Source: Chloroflexota bacterium | GTDB lineage: Bacteria; Chloroflexota; Limnocylindria; Limnocylindrales; CSP1-4 | Assembly: GCA_003152995.1 (NCBI GenBank) | Contig: PMBR01000089.1 | Location: 45,893 to 109,892 of the forward strand | Direction: 5' to 3' | DNA length: 64,000 nt | Part shown: piece by piece, positions 28,052 to 38,518 of the stretch | Layout of the letters: each line of letters opens with the position of its first letter | Position numbering within the stretch: the stretch's first letter is position 1 | Notes under the pieces: model-generated | The model's database searches: none | The model's input: the letters and a program-made list of their open reading frames with translations, nothing else | What the model was told of the DNA's origin: nothing | Position numbers and translations under genes: made by a program

Positions 28052-28396
28052 GTTCGGTCGAACTCGACTGACAAATCGTCCCGGGTGGCGCCGACCTGGG
28101 CGGCCTGATCGCGGCGAGGCCGGCGCTCCGGCACACATCTCATGACTCCGGTCGCACTCCCGACCGACATCTTTAGCGAACGACCATGAGACTTTCTGTG
28201 CGCGCGCTGCCACTGTGGCAAGGCTACCCATAGGGCCAAGAGCGTCCGAAATCGGACCGCTGTCCAGGTCGGATTTGTCGGAAGACCCGATCGGGCGTAG
28301 TCTGCCCTGGCTGCCGAGGCGGCAGTCAGCGCTCCGCGTGGTCGATCCCGCCCTGGAACGGCCGTTTGCCAGTTGAGCCTCGACGGGAGGCCGATC

Positions 28397-29563
28397 ATGC
28401 CGAAGATCGCATTCGTTTCGACGTATATACCGCGCCGGTGCGGTATCGCCACCTTCACCCACGACCTCGCGACGGCAGTCGGGGACCACGAGATCGTGGC
28501 GCTGCACCAGCCCGATGGGCCGGGCCCGTATCCGATCGAAGTCCGCCATCTGATCCGCTCCGACAACCGGGCCGACTACGCCGACGCGGCCCGAGCCCTG
28601 AATGATTGCGGCGTGGAGGCGGTCTCAATCCAGCACGAATACGGCATCTGGGGCGGAGAGGCGGGCTCCTTCGTGCTGGACTTCGTACGCCGGCTGCGTC
28701 GGCCGTTCGTCGCCACTCTCCACACGGTCCTGCGCAATCCCTCTCCGTTGCAGAAGGCCGTCCTCGCCGAGCTCGTCGACACGGCCGCCGCCAGTGTGGT
28801 CATGTCCAATGCCGCGGCCTCTCTCCTGACCAGGACCTACGGCGTCGGCCGGATCCGCATGGAAATCGTTCCTCATGGCGTCCCCGACCTGCCGCTCGTG
28901 GCTCCGGGCAGGGCGAAGCTGCGCCTGGGGCTACCTCCGGGACCGGTCATTCTCAGCTTCGGTCTGTTGGGGCCGGGCAAGGGCTACGAATCGGTGATCG
29001 AGGCGCTGCCGGCCGTGGTCGACGAATTCCCCGCAACCCGCTATGTCGTGCTTGGAGCCACTCACCCGGATCTCGTCCGCCGCGAAGGCGAGGCGTACCG
29101 TCGCCGTCTGGAGGCTCGCGCCACGACCCTCCGTGTCGCCGAGCATGTCCATTTCGTCGATCGATTCGTCGGTCAGTCGGACCTGAACACGTGGCTTGAG
29201 GCAGCCGACATCTTCGTGACCCCGTACCCGAACCTCGATCAGATCGTCTCCGGAACGCTGTCCTACGCGATGGGCGCGGGCAAGGCGATCGTTTCCACGC
29301 CGTACGAATACGCCAGGGAGATGCTCGACGGCGGTCGCGGCCGCCTCGTCGCGCCGGGCTCGCCCGAGGCGCTCGCGGAAGCGTTTCTCGAGCTTCTACG
29401 AGACGACTACCTCAGGGCCAAGCTTGGGCTATTCGCCTATCGCCGCAGCCGATCGATGCTCTGGCCACAGGTCGCCGAGCGCTACCGGACTATCTTCGCC
29501 AGGGTCACCGAGGCGACAGCTCCCGCCCGCCCGGCTCGGCCGGTGGGAGTGCTCCGTGGCTGA
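28397..29563 (+). CDS. Glycosyltransferase family 4 (GT-B fold)
   Basis: N-terminal KIAFVSTYIPRRCGIATFTHDL and a C-terminal GT4-like region (FVTPY...E..G..L.YAMGAGKAIVST). GGGAGG RBS before ATG 28397. Confidence 0.75.
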   Translation: MPKIAFVSTYIPRRCGIATFTHDLATAVGDHEIVALHQPDGPGPYPIEVRHLIRSDNRADYADAARALNDCGVEAVSIQHEYGIWGGEAGSFVLDFVRRLRRPFVATLHTVLRNPSPLQKAVLAELVDTAAASVVMSNAAASLLTRTYGVGRIRMEIVPHGVPDLPLVAPGRAKLRLGLPPGPVILSFGLLGPGKGYESVIEALPAVVDEFPATRYVVLGATHPDLVRREGEAYRRRLEARATTLRVAEHVHFVDRFVGQSDLNTWLEAADIFVTPYPNLDQIVSGTLSYAMGAGKAIVSTPYEYAREMLDGGRGRLVAPGSPEALAEAFLELLRDDYLRAKLGLFAYRRSRSMLWPQVAERYRTIFARVTEATAPARPARPVGVLRG

Positions 29564-30659
29564 GCGACCGCTGTATCCTGTCTGCCGGGCACATCTCGAC
29601 GAGATCTCCGACGAAATCGGCATATGGCAGCACGCGACCGGAGCCAACCCGAACAGGGAATTCGGCTACTGCACCGACGATGTCGCTCGCGGGCTCGGGG
29701 TCGATCTTCTCCACTCGCCCAGCCTGGGCTGGAGCGCGGTCGAGGGCAGCGCCCGGCGGTCGATGGCGTTCCTCCGGGACGCGTTCAACCCGCGCGAGGG
29801 CCGCTTTCGCAACTTCCGATCGGCGGACGGCGAGTGGCTCGAAACGATCGGGTCGGAGGACTGCCACGCTCGGGCCATGGTCGCGCTGGGATTCGCCATC
29901 GCGGATGCTCCGGATCCCGGGCTTGCCGGCGACGCCGCCCAACTCTTCAAGGAAGCTCTGCCCGCAGTTCGGGCGCTGACCAACTTGCGCCCCATGGCCG
30001 CGGCTCTTCTGGGCTGCGACTCGGCCCTCCGTGGGGGAGCGGCGGGCGAAACTCTCGCGGCTTTCCGCTGGCTCGCAGCCCAGCTGGCTCGGGCCCTGGT
30101 GGACCTGCCCCCCGACTGGCCCTGGCCAGACCCGGTCGTGACCTACGAGAACGCGCTCCTACCGATGGCCTTGATCGCGGCCGGCCGGCGGCTGGCGGAC
30201 GAAGTCATGATGCAAGCGGGATGCACGGTCCTCGACTGGCTCGCGCTGTCTCAGACGACGGCCGCCGGCCGGCTCTCCATCGTGGGCAACAGTGGCTGGT
30301 GGACGCGGGGCGATTCGCGAGCTCGGTTCGACCAGCAGCCGATCGATGCCACGTCGCTGTTGCTCGCGGCAGAGGAGGCGTACGTCGCCACGGCCGCGGA
30401 GCAGTACTTGAACGTGGCCGAGATGGCCTACGGGTGGTTTCTCGGCGACAATGACATGAACGTACCGGTCGCGATTGCCGCGACCGGCGGTTGCCATGAT
30501 GGGCTGACTGCCGATGGCGTGAATCTGAACCAGGGCGCCGAATCGACCCTGATGTGGCTGACGGCACTCGAGCATATGCGCAAGATCAGGACGACCAGCC
30601 GACCCAAGGAGGCTGCCATTTCGGGCTTGAATCTGTCTCGGTCGCAGGTAAGCAGATGA
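29556..30659 (+). CDS. Hypothetical protein (conserved partner of GT4/GH130 operon; function unknown)
   Basis: GTG start overlapping the GT4 stop. No motif I can assign with confidence; a helical composition may suggest an (alpha/alpha)-toroid, which is speculative. Confidence 0.35.
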   Translation: MAERPLYPVCRAHLDEISDEIGIWQHATGANPNREFGYCTDDVARGLGVDLLHSPSLGWSAVEGSARRSMAFLRDAFNPREGRFRNFRSADGEWLETIGSEDCHARAMVALGFAIADAPDPGLAGDAAQLFKEALPAVRALTNLRPMAAALLGCDSALRGGAAGETLAAFRWLAAQLARALVDLPPDWPWPDPVVTYENALLPMALIAAGRRLADEVMMQAGCTVLDWLALSQTTAAGRLSIVGNSGWWTRGDSRARFDQQPIDATSLLLAAEEAYVATAAEQYLNVAEMAYGWFLGDNDMNVPVAIAATGGCHDGLTADGVNLNQGAESTLMWLTALEHMRKIRTTSRPKEAAISGLNLSRSQVSR

Positions 30660-31645
30660 CCGACCCGGGAGGAGACTCGCTCTTCGTCCGCGTTCCGGCC
30701 AATCCCATCATCACGCCGGCCGACGTGCCCTATACGGCCAACGCGGTCTTCAATCCCGGCGCCGCCACCGTCGACGGCGAGACCGTTCTTCTGATGAGGG
30801 TCGAGGACAAGCGTGGCATCTCGTCGCTCTACGTCGCCAGAAGCGACGATGGAATCACGGGTTGGCGCTTCGACGAGAAGCCGCTTCTGGCGCCGGTTTC
30901 GACCCACCCAGAAGAAGTGTGGGGCTGTGAGGATCCACGGCTGACGTGGCTGCCCGAGCGCGAGGAATGGGCGATCAGTTACACGGCGTACAGCAATCGA
31001 GGCCCGCTGGTATCGCTGGCCATGACGCGCGACTTTCGAGAGGTGACGCGCCTGGGTCCGGTGATGCCGCCTGACGACAAGGACGCGGCCCTGCTGCCCA
31101 ATCGCATCGATGGCCGCTGGGCGATGATCCACCGCCCGGCTCCGATCTACGGCGGAGCCCACATGTGGATCTCGTACTCGCCCGACCTGCGCCACTGGGG
31201 CGACCATACGCTCCTGATCGAAGCCCGCGACGGGGCGTGGTGGGATGCCCGCAAGATCGGCCTGGGGCCGCCGCCGGCGCTCGTCTCCGACGGCTGGCTG
31301 GTCATGTATCACGGCGCCCACACGACCGCCGCGGGGCCGATCTACCGCGTTGGCCTGGCCCTGCTCGACCGTGACGACCCGACGGTCGTACTGCGTCGCT
31401 CCGAAGAATGGGTACTCGGGCCGACCGCGTCGTACGAGCGCGTCGGCGACGTGAGCAAGGTCGTCTTCCCGAACGGATGGGTCGTCGACGAGGCGAGCGA
31501 CCGGCTGATGCTCTACTACGGCGCCGCAGATTCGGTCATCGGCCTGGCGACGGCCAGCGTCTCCGATGTTCTGCGCCACGTGGATGCGATGCCCCAGCCG
31601 ATGCACCGCCGCGCCTCCGACGCCGACCGAGTCGCCAGGCCCTGA
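30656..31645 (+). CDS. Glycoside hydrolase family 130 (beta-mannoside phosphorylase-like)
   Basis: GH130 hallmarks by eye: NPIITPADVPYTANAVFNPGAA, EDPRLTWL, five-bladed propeller pattern. ATGA overlap with the upstream gene. Confidence 0.7.
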   Translation: MTDPGGDSLFVRVPANPIITPADVPYTANAVFNPGAATVDGETVLLMRVEDKRGISSLYVARSDDGITGWRFDEKPLLAPVSTHPEEVWGCEDPRLTWLPEREEWAISYTAYSNRGPLVSLAMTRDFREVTRLGPVMPPDDKDAALLPNRIDGRWAMIHRPAPIYGGAHMWISYSPDLRHWGDHTLLIEARDGAWWDARKIGLGPPPALVSDGWLVMYHGAHTTAAGPIYRVGLALLDRDDPTVVLRRSEEWVLGPTASYERVGDVSKVVFPNGWVVDEASDRLMLYYGAADSVIGLATASVSDVLRHVDAMPQPMHRRASDADRVARP

Positions 31646-31822
31646 TCCTCTCGGCGCCACGAAGCCGGCGGGCTGCAAGAGCACCCGCCGGGCCGGCCCG
31701 TGCTACAAACCCGGCGCTTCTGACGCGACGCGCCTCGCGGCGCTAGCATGCGTGTTAGCGACCGACTGGTCGGTCGGTCGGTCGGTGGGCTTTACGATCC
31801 CAACCTGGGCAGGAGACAAGTG

Positions 31823-32488
31823 ATGCGCCGCCAGCGCTCGCAACCCGCGGACCACGGCCGCGCCAGCCGCGAGACGATCCTCGACGGGGCTTTCCAGGCG
31901 TTCACAAAAGGCGGGTACCGCGACACCGCGGTCGACGACATCGCGGCCGCCGCCGAGATCTCCAAGGGCGGCATCTACTTCCACTTCCCCACCAAGGAAG
32001 CGATCTTTCGCGAACTCATGAGGACGACCGCGGACAAGCTCGTCGGGAAGGTCGAGAGCACAGTGGCGGCCGAGTCGGATCCGATTGCCAGGGCCGAGGT
32101 GGCCATCCGAACCGTTCTCGAGGTCTTCGCCGGTCATCGGACGATGGCTCGTCTCTTCTTCGAGGCCGGAGCTGGAGGACGTGGCTTCCAGGCCGAGACC
32201 AACGTGCTGCACGATAGATTCGCGAACCTCATCCAGTCGTATCTGGACGACGCCGTCGCCCAGGGGACGATCCCGGCGATCGACACCCGCATCACCAGCG
32301 TCGTCTGGTTCGGCGCCCTCGACGAAGTGGTGGCGCGGTGGTTGCTGGCCGATCGACCGGGCCGCCTGGAGGACGCCTATCCGACACTGCGAGCGCTCCT
32401 CCTCCGCAGTGTCGGCGTCACCGAGGCCAGGATCGCGGAAGTCCCGGCGCCCACATTTCCGGCGGCCTTCCCGGAGCAACACCGATGA
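31823..32488 (+). CDS. TetR-family transcriptional regulator
   Basis: HTH ILDGAFQAFTKGGYRDTAVDDIAAAAEISKGGIYFHFPTKE. AGGAGA RBS before ATG 31823. Confidence 0.8.
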   Translation: MRRQRSQPADHGRASRETILDGAFQAFTKGGYRDTAVDDIAAAAEISKGGIYFHFPTKEAIFRELMRTTADKLVGKVESTVAAESDPIARAEVAIRTVLEVFAGHRTMARLFFEAGAGGRGFQAETNVLHDRFANLIQSYLDDAVAQGTIPAIDTRITSVVWFGALDEVVARWLLADRPGRLEDAYPTLRALLLRSVGVTEARIAEVPAPTFPAAFPEQHR

Positions 32489-33996
32489 CGGCATTGGGCG
32501 GCCTGCGCGGGCGTGGTCAAAGAGAGCGGTCGGGGGGCGGGATAGCGTCCGCCATTCGGGATCTCGCCGGCGGGGCTCGGGCCGACGGAGACAGCGCCGG
32601 CCTGGTGGCCGCCAGCACCCCGATCGATTCGTTCGATGCCGTAGCGCTGTACGCGGCGGCGGTGGAAGCCGGTCTGGAAGCGACCCTCTGGCTTCGTCCG
32701 AACGAGCGTTTCGCGCTTGTCGGAATCGGTCGAGCGTGGTCGGTCGAGGCGGCCGGCCCGGAACGCTTCCGCGAGGCCGACTCCGCCTGGCGCTCGTTTG
32801 CCGGTGGCGCTCGGCTTTCTCAGACGGCCGACGTTCGCGGGCTGGGGCCGGTGCTCATGGGCGGCCTCAGCTTCACGGGTACCGTGCCCGGTCCGAAGGA
32901 CGATTGGGCGCCGTTCGGAGCCGCTTCGCTTGTCCTGCCCTCACTGACGGCGCTCCAATCGGACGGCCGGTCGTGGCTGACGGCATCAGTCGTGACCCGT
33001 GGCGCGGCCGGCGGTGGCACGGCCGGCGGCGACGACGCGGCGGGCGTGGCGGCGGGCACGGCAGCCGGGCTCGAGGATTTGTGGGCACGCCTTGCCGATC
33101 GGGCCGCGGAGCTTGCGCCCCGCGCCGGCGCCCCCACCGAGGAGCCGCCCGAGTCCCCTCTCGCCATCGACAGAGAGTGGCCGTCGGCAGAGCACTGGCG
33201 CCACGTCGTAAGCCTCATGGCCGGCGCGGTCGGCCGTGGCCGGCTCGACAAGGTCGTCTTCGCCCGCCGCGTCGACATGTCCTCGCCGGCCGTGCTGGAC
33301 GTGCCGAGCGCCCTTCGCCGCCTCGCCGCCAGCGCTCCCGAGAGCGCCCTCTTTGCGTTCCGGCGCGAAACCCGGACCTTCATGGGTGCCACTCCAGAGC
33401 GGCTCGTGCGAACCGACGGGCGGACGTACCGGACCGCGGCCGTCGCCGGCAGCATCCGGCGCGGCTCCGATGCGGCAGAGGACGCCGCGCTTGCCGCCGA
33501 GCTGCTGGCGTCGGAAAAGGAGAGCGAGGAGCACGCCGTGGTCGTTCGGGCGATCCGGCGGCAGCTCGCGCCCATTTCCGAGCGGATCGAGATCGCTCCC
33601 GGACCCGGCGTTCTGGTGCTTCGACACGTTCAGCACCTGGTCACGGAGATCGCCGGGACGCTGCGGATCCAGGAAGGACTGCTGGCGCTCGGCGGCCTGC
33701 TCCATCCGACGCCGGCAGTCGGCGGTGAACCGCGCGACCTTGCCCTCGCGATGATCGACGAGCACGAGGGATTCGATCGAGGCTGGTACGCCGGGCCGGT
33801 GGGATGGCTGAGTGCCGGCGGTGACGGCGAGTTGATGGTCGCGCTCAGGTGCGGCCTGGTGGAGGGCAGCCGGGTGACGCTCTATGCCGGCTGCGGCATC
33901 GTGGCCGACTCGGACCCGGACCGCGAGTGGGAGGAATCGAGGATCAAGATGCGCGCAATCGCCGCTGCCCTGGGCCGGGCTGGAGACGAGCCGTGA
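32485..33996 (+). CDS. menF: Isochorismate synthase
   Basis: Chorismate-binding enzyme C-terminal motifs (ATPERLV...G.IRRG...KE..EH..VV; HPTPAVGG.P; RGWYAG.VGW). First gene of the men operon; ATGA overlap with the TetR stop. Confidence 0.85.
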   Translation: MTALGGLRGRGQRERSGGGIASAIRDLAGGARADGDSAGLVAASTPIDSFDAVALYAAAVEAGLEATLWLRPNERFALVGIGRAWSVEAAGPERFREADSAWRSFAGGARLSQTADVRGLGPVLMGGLSFTGTVPGPKDDWAPFGAASLVLPSLTALQSDGRSWLTASVVTRGAAGGGTAGGDDAAGVAAGTAAGLEDLWARLADRAAELAPRAGAPTEEPPESPLAIDREWPSAEHWRHVVSLMAGAVGRGRLDKVVFARRVDMSSPAVLDVPSALRRLAASAPESALFAFRRETRTFMGATPERLVRTDGRTYRTAAVAGSIRRGSDAAEDAALAAELLASEKESEEHAVVVRAIRRQLAPISERIEIAPGPGVLVLRHVQHLVTEIAGTLRIQEGLLALGGLLHPTPAVGGEPRDLALAMIDEHEGFDRGWYAGPVGWLSAGGDGELMVALRCGLVEGSRVTLYAGCGIVADSDPDREWEESRIKMRAIAAALGRAGDEP

Positions 33997-35870
33997 GTGC
34001 GGGCGGCGGGCGGCCGAGCCAGCTACGCATCTTCGTGGAGGAGCTGGTTCGGGCCGGGGTTCGCGATGCGGTCGTCTGCCCCGGGTCGCGCTCGACGCCA
34101 CTGGCGCTCGCCTTGCGGGCCCACGACCGAGTACGGGTCCGGGTTCTGATCGACGAGCGTTCGGCCGGGTTCTTCGCGCTGGGGATTGCTCGGGCGACGA
34201 GGCGAGTGGTCGTTCTCCTCGGGACTTCCGGAACCGCCGCGGTCAACTTCGCGCCGGCGGTCGTCGAGGCCGCCCTCGGGCGGGTTCCTCTGCTCGTCCT
34301 CACCGCGGATCGGCCGGCGGAGTTGCAGGACCGCGGCGCTCCGCAGACGATCGACCAGAACCATCTCTATGGCCGCCACGCGAAGTGGTTCGCCGAACTT
34401 GCCCTGACGGATGAGGCGCCGGACACGATGGCCCACGTCCGATCAGTGGCGGGGCGAGCCGTCGCAACGGCGAATGCGGGGCCGGCCGGCCCCGTCCACC
34501 TGAACCTGCCCCTGCGCGAACCGCTGATTCCTGCAGACGACCTCGGCGCGATCGCGGGCTCGATCGAGGAGGGCGATCGCGAGCCCTACTACGACTCCAA
34601 CCGCGAGCCCGGCTACGAGCCCGTCGACGCGAAGGCGCCGTTCGCGGCAACGGTGTCCGGGCCGCGAAAACTGGCCGCCGATCAGGTCGCCGCGATTGCG
34701 GGGCGTCTGGCCGCAGCCGAGCGCGGGCTGATCGTCGCCGGCCCGCTCGACGATCCGGCGAGCCACGAGCCGATCGCTCGTCTCGCCGCCGCGACGGGGT
34801 ATCCGATCCTGGCCGACCCGCTGTCGGGGCTGCGATGTGGCGCACACGACCGGTCGCTCGTCCTCGCCCACGCCGACCACATCGTTCGGCCGGGTCCGTG
34901 GATCGAGGACTACCGGCCGGAGATCGTGATCCGTTTCGGCGCGATGCCGACCTCGAAGCCCGTGACCGAGCTGATGAAGAATGCCGTGCCGGAGCTCTTC
35001 GTGGTCGACGGGGACGGTGGCTGGCGCGAGGCGGCGCTGGTTCGGGCGACGTTCGTTCACGCAGACGCGGCCTCCACGGCCGATTCGCTGGCCGAAGCGA
35101 TGGAAGGGGCCCGCGTGGACGCGACGGTTGCGCCCTCCCGGCGCGCGCGAGGCGGCTGGACCGGCGCCTGGCTCGAGGCCGAAGCGGCCGCAGGCCGGGC
35201 GCTCGACTCCTGGCTCGATGGACTGGCGGAGCCTTTCGAAGGCGCAGCATTTAGGGCACTGGGCGAGCTTCTGCCGGCAGGATCGCTGCTCTGGGCCGGC
35301 AACTCGATGCCCGTCCGCGACATGGACGACTGGCTGCCGGTGAACGGGCGGGCGATCCGGGTGCTCGGAAATCGCGGCGCAAATGGGATAGACGGCGTGA
35401 CATCGACGGCCCTCGGCTCGGCGGTCGTGGCCGACGGGTCGGTCGTTCTCGTGATCGGCGACCTGTCGTTCCTCCACGATCTCGGCGCCCTGGTCACGGC
35501 CAGACTGCACGAACTCGATCTGCTGGTCGTCGTGATCAACAACGACGGCGGCGGGATCTTCTCGCTGCTTCCTCAGGCTCGGACGGCGGCGCCGGGCGCC
35601 GGCCTACCGGCCCGCTACGAAGAGCTGTTCGGGACGCCGCACGGAATCGCGCTGGGACCGATCGTCGAAGCGTTCGGGTTCCGACACAGCGTCGTCGGCG
35701 CGGCCGGGTTCGCTGTTCTGCAGACCGCGATCGGGGCGGAACTCGGCCGGCCCGGCCTGCGTGTGCTCGAGTTGCGGACGGATCGGTCGCGGAACGCGGA
35801 CCTTCATCGAGATGCTGCGGCGGCCGTGGCGTCGGCGCTGGCCGCGCTCGTCGGGGAGAGGCGCCATTGA
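33993..35870 (+). CDS. menD: 2-succinyl-5-enolpyruvyl-6-hydroxy-3-cyclohexene-1-carboxylate synthase (ThDP enzyme)
   Basis: N-terminal ThDP-pyrimidine domain (VVCPGSRSTPLALAL...DERSAGFFALGIA...VLLGTSGTAAVNFAPAVVEA...VPLLVLTADRP) and C-terminal GDLSFLHD...NNDGGGIF. GTGA overlap with menF. Confidence 0.9.
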   Translation: MSAGGGRPSQLRIFVEELVRAGVRDAVVCPGSRSTPLALALRAHDRVRVRVLIDERSAGFFALGIARATRRVVVLLGTSGTAAVNFAPAVVEAALGRVPLLVLTADRPAELQDRGAPQTIDQNHLYGRHAKWFAELALTDEAPDTMAHVRSVAGRAVATANAGPAGPVHLNLPLREPLIPADDLGAIAGSIEEGDREPYYDSNREPGYEPVDAKAPFAATVSGPRKLAADQVAAIAGRLAAAERGLIVAGPLDDPASHEPIARLAAATGYPILADPLSGLRCGAHDRSLVLAHADHIVRPGPWIEDYRPEIVIRFGAMPTSKPVTELMKNAVPELFVVDGDGGWREAALVRATFVHADAASTADSLAEAMEGARVDATVAPSRRARGGWTGAWLEAEAAAGRALDSWLDGLAEPFEGAAFRALGELLPAGSLLWAGNSMPVRDMDDWLPVNGRAIRVLGNRGANGIDGVTSTALGSAVVADGSVVLVIGDLSFLHDLGALVTARLHELDLLVVVINNDGGGIFSLLPQARTAAPGAGLPARYEELFGTPHGIALGPIVEAFGFRHSVVGAAGFAVLQTAIGAELGRPGLRVLELRTDRSRNADLHRDAAAAVASALAALVGERRH

Positions 35871-36709
35871 GCCGCATCGAGATCGGCGGTGCAAGCTACG
35901 CGGTCCAGGTCGACGGCGAGGGCCCGCCGCTCCTGCTGATCCACGGGTTTACCGGCCGCGGCTCCGACTGGGCACCGGTCGTGCCGGCGCTGTGCCGAGC
36001 GGCCACGACCATCGCCGTCGATCTCCTCGGACACGGCGACTCCGACTCGCCCGCCGACCCGGCGCGCCACGCCGTCGAGCGTCAGGCCGCGGACCTGGCG
36101 GCTATCCTGCGACGTCTCGGCCTCGCGCCGGCCCACGTCGCCGGCTACTCGCTGGGTGCGCGGATCGCGCTCCGGATAGCCGTTTCCGAACCGGACGTGG
36201 TCGCTCGCCTGATCCTCGAGAGCCCCTCGGCCGGAATCGCCGATCCAGCGCAGCGCGCCGGTCGCCGCGCCACCGACGAGCAACTGGCCCACCTCCTCGA
36301 GCGTGAAGGGATCGAGGCTTTCGTTGACCGTTGGGAGAGCTTGCCGCTCTTCGCCTCGGAGCGGTCGCTCCCGGACGCCGACCGCGTCCGTATCCACGCC
36401 GCGCGGCTGCGAAACCGCCCCGACGGTCTGGCTGCATCGCTTCGCGGCGCCGGACAGGGTTCGATGGAGCCGCTGTACGACCAGCTCTCCAGCGTCACGG
36501 CGCCGACTCTGGTGGTGGCCGGTGCGCTCGACGAGATCGGCTTGGGCCGGGCCGAGGCCGTTGTGGGCGGTATCCCCGGTGCTCGGCTGGCAATCATGGA
36601 CGGCGTCGGTCACGCCCCTCACCGCGAGGCGCCGGATCGCCTCGAGCGACTCTTGCTGGACTTCCTCGCGCTCCCGGCCCCGCTCCCCGTCGAAAGGACA
36701 CCGACATGA
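35867..36709 (+). CDS. menH: 2-succinyl-6-hydroxy-2,4-cyclohexadiene-1-carboxylate synthase (alpha/beta hydrolase)
   Basis: [14 protein letters not shown] ... [11 protein letters not shown] nucleophile elbow. TTG start overlapping the menD stop. Confidence 0.8.
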   Translation: MSRIEIGGASYAVQVDGEGPPLLLIHGFTGRGSDWAPVVPALCRAATTIAVDLLGHGDSDSPADPARHAVERQAADLAAILRRLGLAPAHVAGYSLGARIALRIAVSEPDVVARLILESPSAGIADPAQRAGRRATDEQLAHLLEREGIEAFVDRWESLPLFASERSLPDADRVRIHAARLRNRPDGLAASLRGAGQGSMEPLYDQLSSVTAPTLVVAGALDEIGLGRAEAVVGGIPGARLAIMDGVGHAPHREAPDRLERLLLDFLALPAPLPVERTPT

Positions 36710-37539
36710 CGAACGTCACGAAGATCACGTGGACACCGGTCGCGGAGTACCGCGACATCCGCTACGAACATTCCGGTACCGGGATCGCCCTCGTCACGAT
36801 CGATCGTCCGGAGGTCCGCAACGCATTCCGGCCTGAGACGATCGGTGAGTTGATCGACGCCTTCCGCCGCATTCGAGACGACGGATCGATCGGCTGCGTG
36901 CTCCTGACCGGCGCCGGCGACAAGGCCTTCTGCTCCGGCGGCGATCTGAACGTCAAGGGTCGCGGCGGGTACGTCGGCGAGGACGGGCTGGCCCGTCTCA
37001 ACGTTCTTGATCTGCAGCGGCAGATCCGCTCCCTGCCCGTGCCGGTCATAGCCCTGGTGAACGGCTTCGCGATCGGCGGTGGCCACGTTCTGCATATCGT
37101 CTGCGACCTGTCGTTGGCGTCGGACAACGCGATCTTCGGCCAGGTCGGCCCGCAGGTCGGCAGCTTCGACGCCGGTTTCGGGATCGGGCTGCTGGCCCGA
37201 CTCGTCGGCGACAAGAAGGCCAAGGAGATGTGGTTCCTGTGCCGTCGATACGACGCCGGGCAGGCACTCGAGATGGGCCTCGTCAACGCCGTGGTGCCGC
37301 TCGATCACTTGCTCGATGAGGGCATCGCCTGGGCGGACGAGATCCTGGCGATGAGCCCGACGGCGATCCGCTTCCTCAAGTCGGCGTTCCTGGTGGCCAC
37401 AGACGGCCTCGCCGGTCTGCAGGAATTCGCCGGCAACGCGACCGGCCTCTACTACACCACCGACGAGGCGCACGAAGGCTCGAAGGCCTTCCTCGAAAAG
37501 CGAAAGCCCGATTTTGGACGCTTCCCGCGGCGGCCTTGA
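36706..37539 (+). CDS. menB: 1,4-dihydroxy-2-naphthoyl-CoA synthase (crotonase fold)
   Basis: Crotonase/MenB motifs ([12 protein letters not shown]...[12 protein letters not shown]...[14 protein letters not shown]). ATGA overlap. Confidence 0.9.
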   Translation: MTNVTKITWTPVAEYRDIRYEHSGTGIALVTIDRPEVRNAFRPETIGELIDAFRRIRDDGSIGCVLLTGAGDKAFCSGGDLNVKGRGGYVGEDGLARLNVLDLQRQIRSLPVPVIALVNGFAIGGGHVLHIVCDLSLASDNAIFGQVGPQVGSFDAGFGIGLLARLVGDKKAKEMWFLCRRYDAGQALEMGLVNAVVPLDHLLDEGIAWADEILAMSPTAIRFLKSAFLVATDGLAGLQEFAGNATGLYYTTDEAHEGSKAFLEKRKPDFGRFPRRP

Positions 37540-37549
37540 GGACCGGCTC

Positions 37550-38518
37550 ATGAGCGACGCCGCCGCTTCTGCCTCGCCGCCGTCCGCGCCGGCCGCGCCG
37601 GCAGTCGACCGCTCGCCTTCGAACGTCCGCGTCTGGCTGCTTGCGATTCGACCGGCGACACTGCCGGCCGCGGTCGGGCCGGTGCTCGTCGGACTGGGCG
37701 CCTCGATCGGTTCGGGTGCAGCGTTTCGACTCGACACTGCTCTTGCGTGCCTGGCGGTGGCATTGCTGCTGCAGGTTGCGGCAAACCTGGCAAATGACCT
37801 GGCCGACTTCCGCCGGGGCGCCGACACGCCGGACCGGACGGGCCCGGTCAGGGTGGCCGCGGCGGGTTTGATGACGGAACGCCGGCTCGAGGTTGGGATC
37901 GGCGTAGTCATTGCGGCCTCGGCCGCTATCGGTGCGTACCTGGCGGTCGTCGGCGGCGTCATCATGCTTGGCCTCGGGGCACTCGCCGTCGTCTCGGCCC
38001 TGGCCTACACCGGCGGACCCTGGCCGTACGGCTATCGAGGCCTGGGCGAAGTCTTCGTATTCGCATTCTTCGGCCTGATGGCGGTGGCCGTGACCGCGTA
38101 TCTGCAGGCCGGTCGCATCGAAACCGTGTATCTGCTCGCGGCCATTCCGATGGGCGCGCTCATCACCGGGATCCTCGTCGTGAACAACCTGCGCGACATT
38201 CCGACCGATCGGGCGGCCGAGAAGCGAACTCTGGCGGTCACCTTCGGCGAGGGATTCGCGAAGGCCGAGTACTACGCGATGCTGGTCGTGGCGGCGGTTG
38301 CGCCGGTGACTCTGCTCGCGGCGCGGCTCGCCGGACCGGCGGTCCTGCTGCCGCTGTTCACGGGCCTGATGGTCGAGCCGATGGTGCGCGAGGTGGCCGC
38401 CGTCGGGCCCGGGTCCGATCGGCGCCGACTCAATCGAGTGCTGGCCGGAACTGCGCGGTTGTCGCTCGTCTACGGTGTGCTCTTCGCCGCGGGACTCTCG
38501 ATCAGGATCGGCGCGTGA
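37550..38518 (+). CDS. menA: 1,4-dihydroxy-2-naphthoate polyprenyltransferase (UbiA family)
   Basis: UbiA-family signature NDLADFRRGAD... and a later NNLRDIPTDRAAEKRTLAV; about 8 TM. Confidence 0.85.
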   Translation: MSDAAASASPPSAPAAPAVDRSPSNVRVWLLAIRPATLPAAVGPVLVGLGASIGSGAAFRLDTALACLAVALLLQVAANLANDLADFRRGADTPDRTGPVRVAAAGLMTERRLEVGIGVVIAASAAIGAYLAVVGGVIMLGLGALAVVSALAYTGGPWPYGYRGLGEVFVFAFFGLMAVAVTAYLQAGRIETVYLLAAIPMGALITGILVVNNLRDIPTDRAAEKRTLAVTFGEGFAKAEYYAMLVVAAVAPVTLLAARLAGPAVLLPLFTGLMVEPMVREVAAVGPGSDRRRLNRVLAGTARLSLVYGVLFAAGLSIRIGA

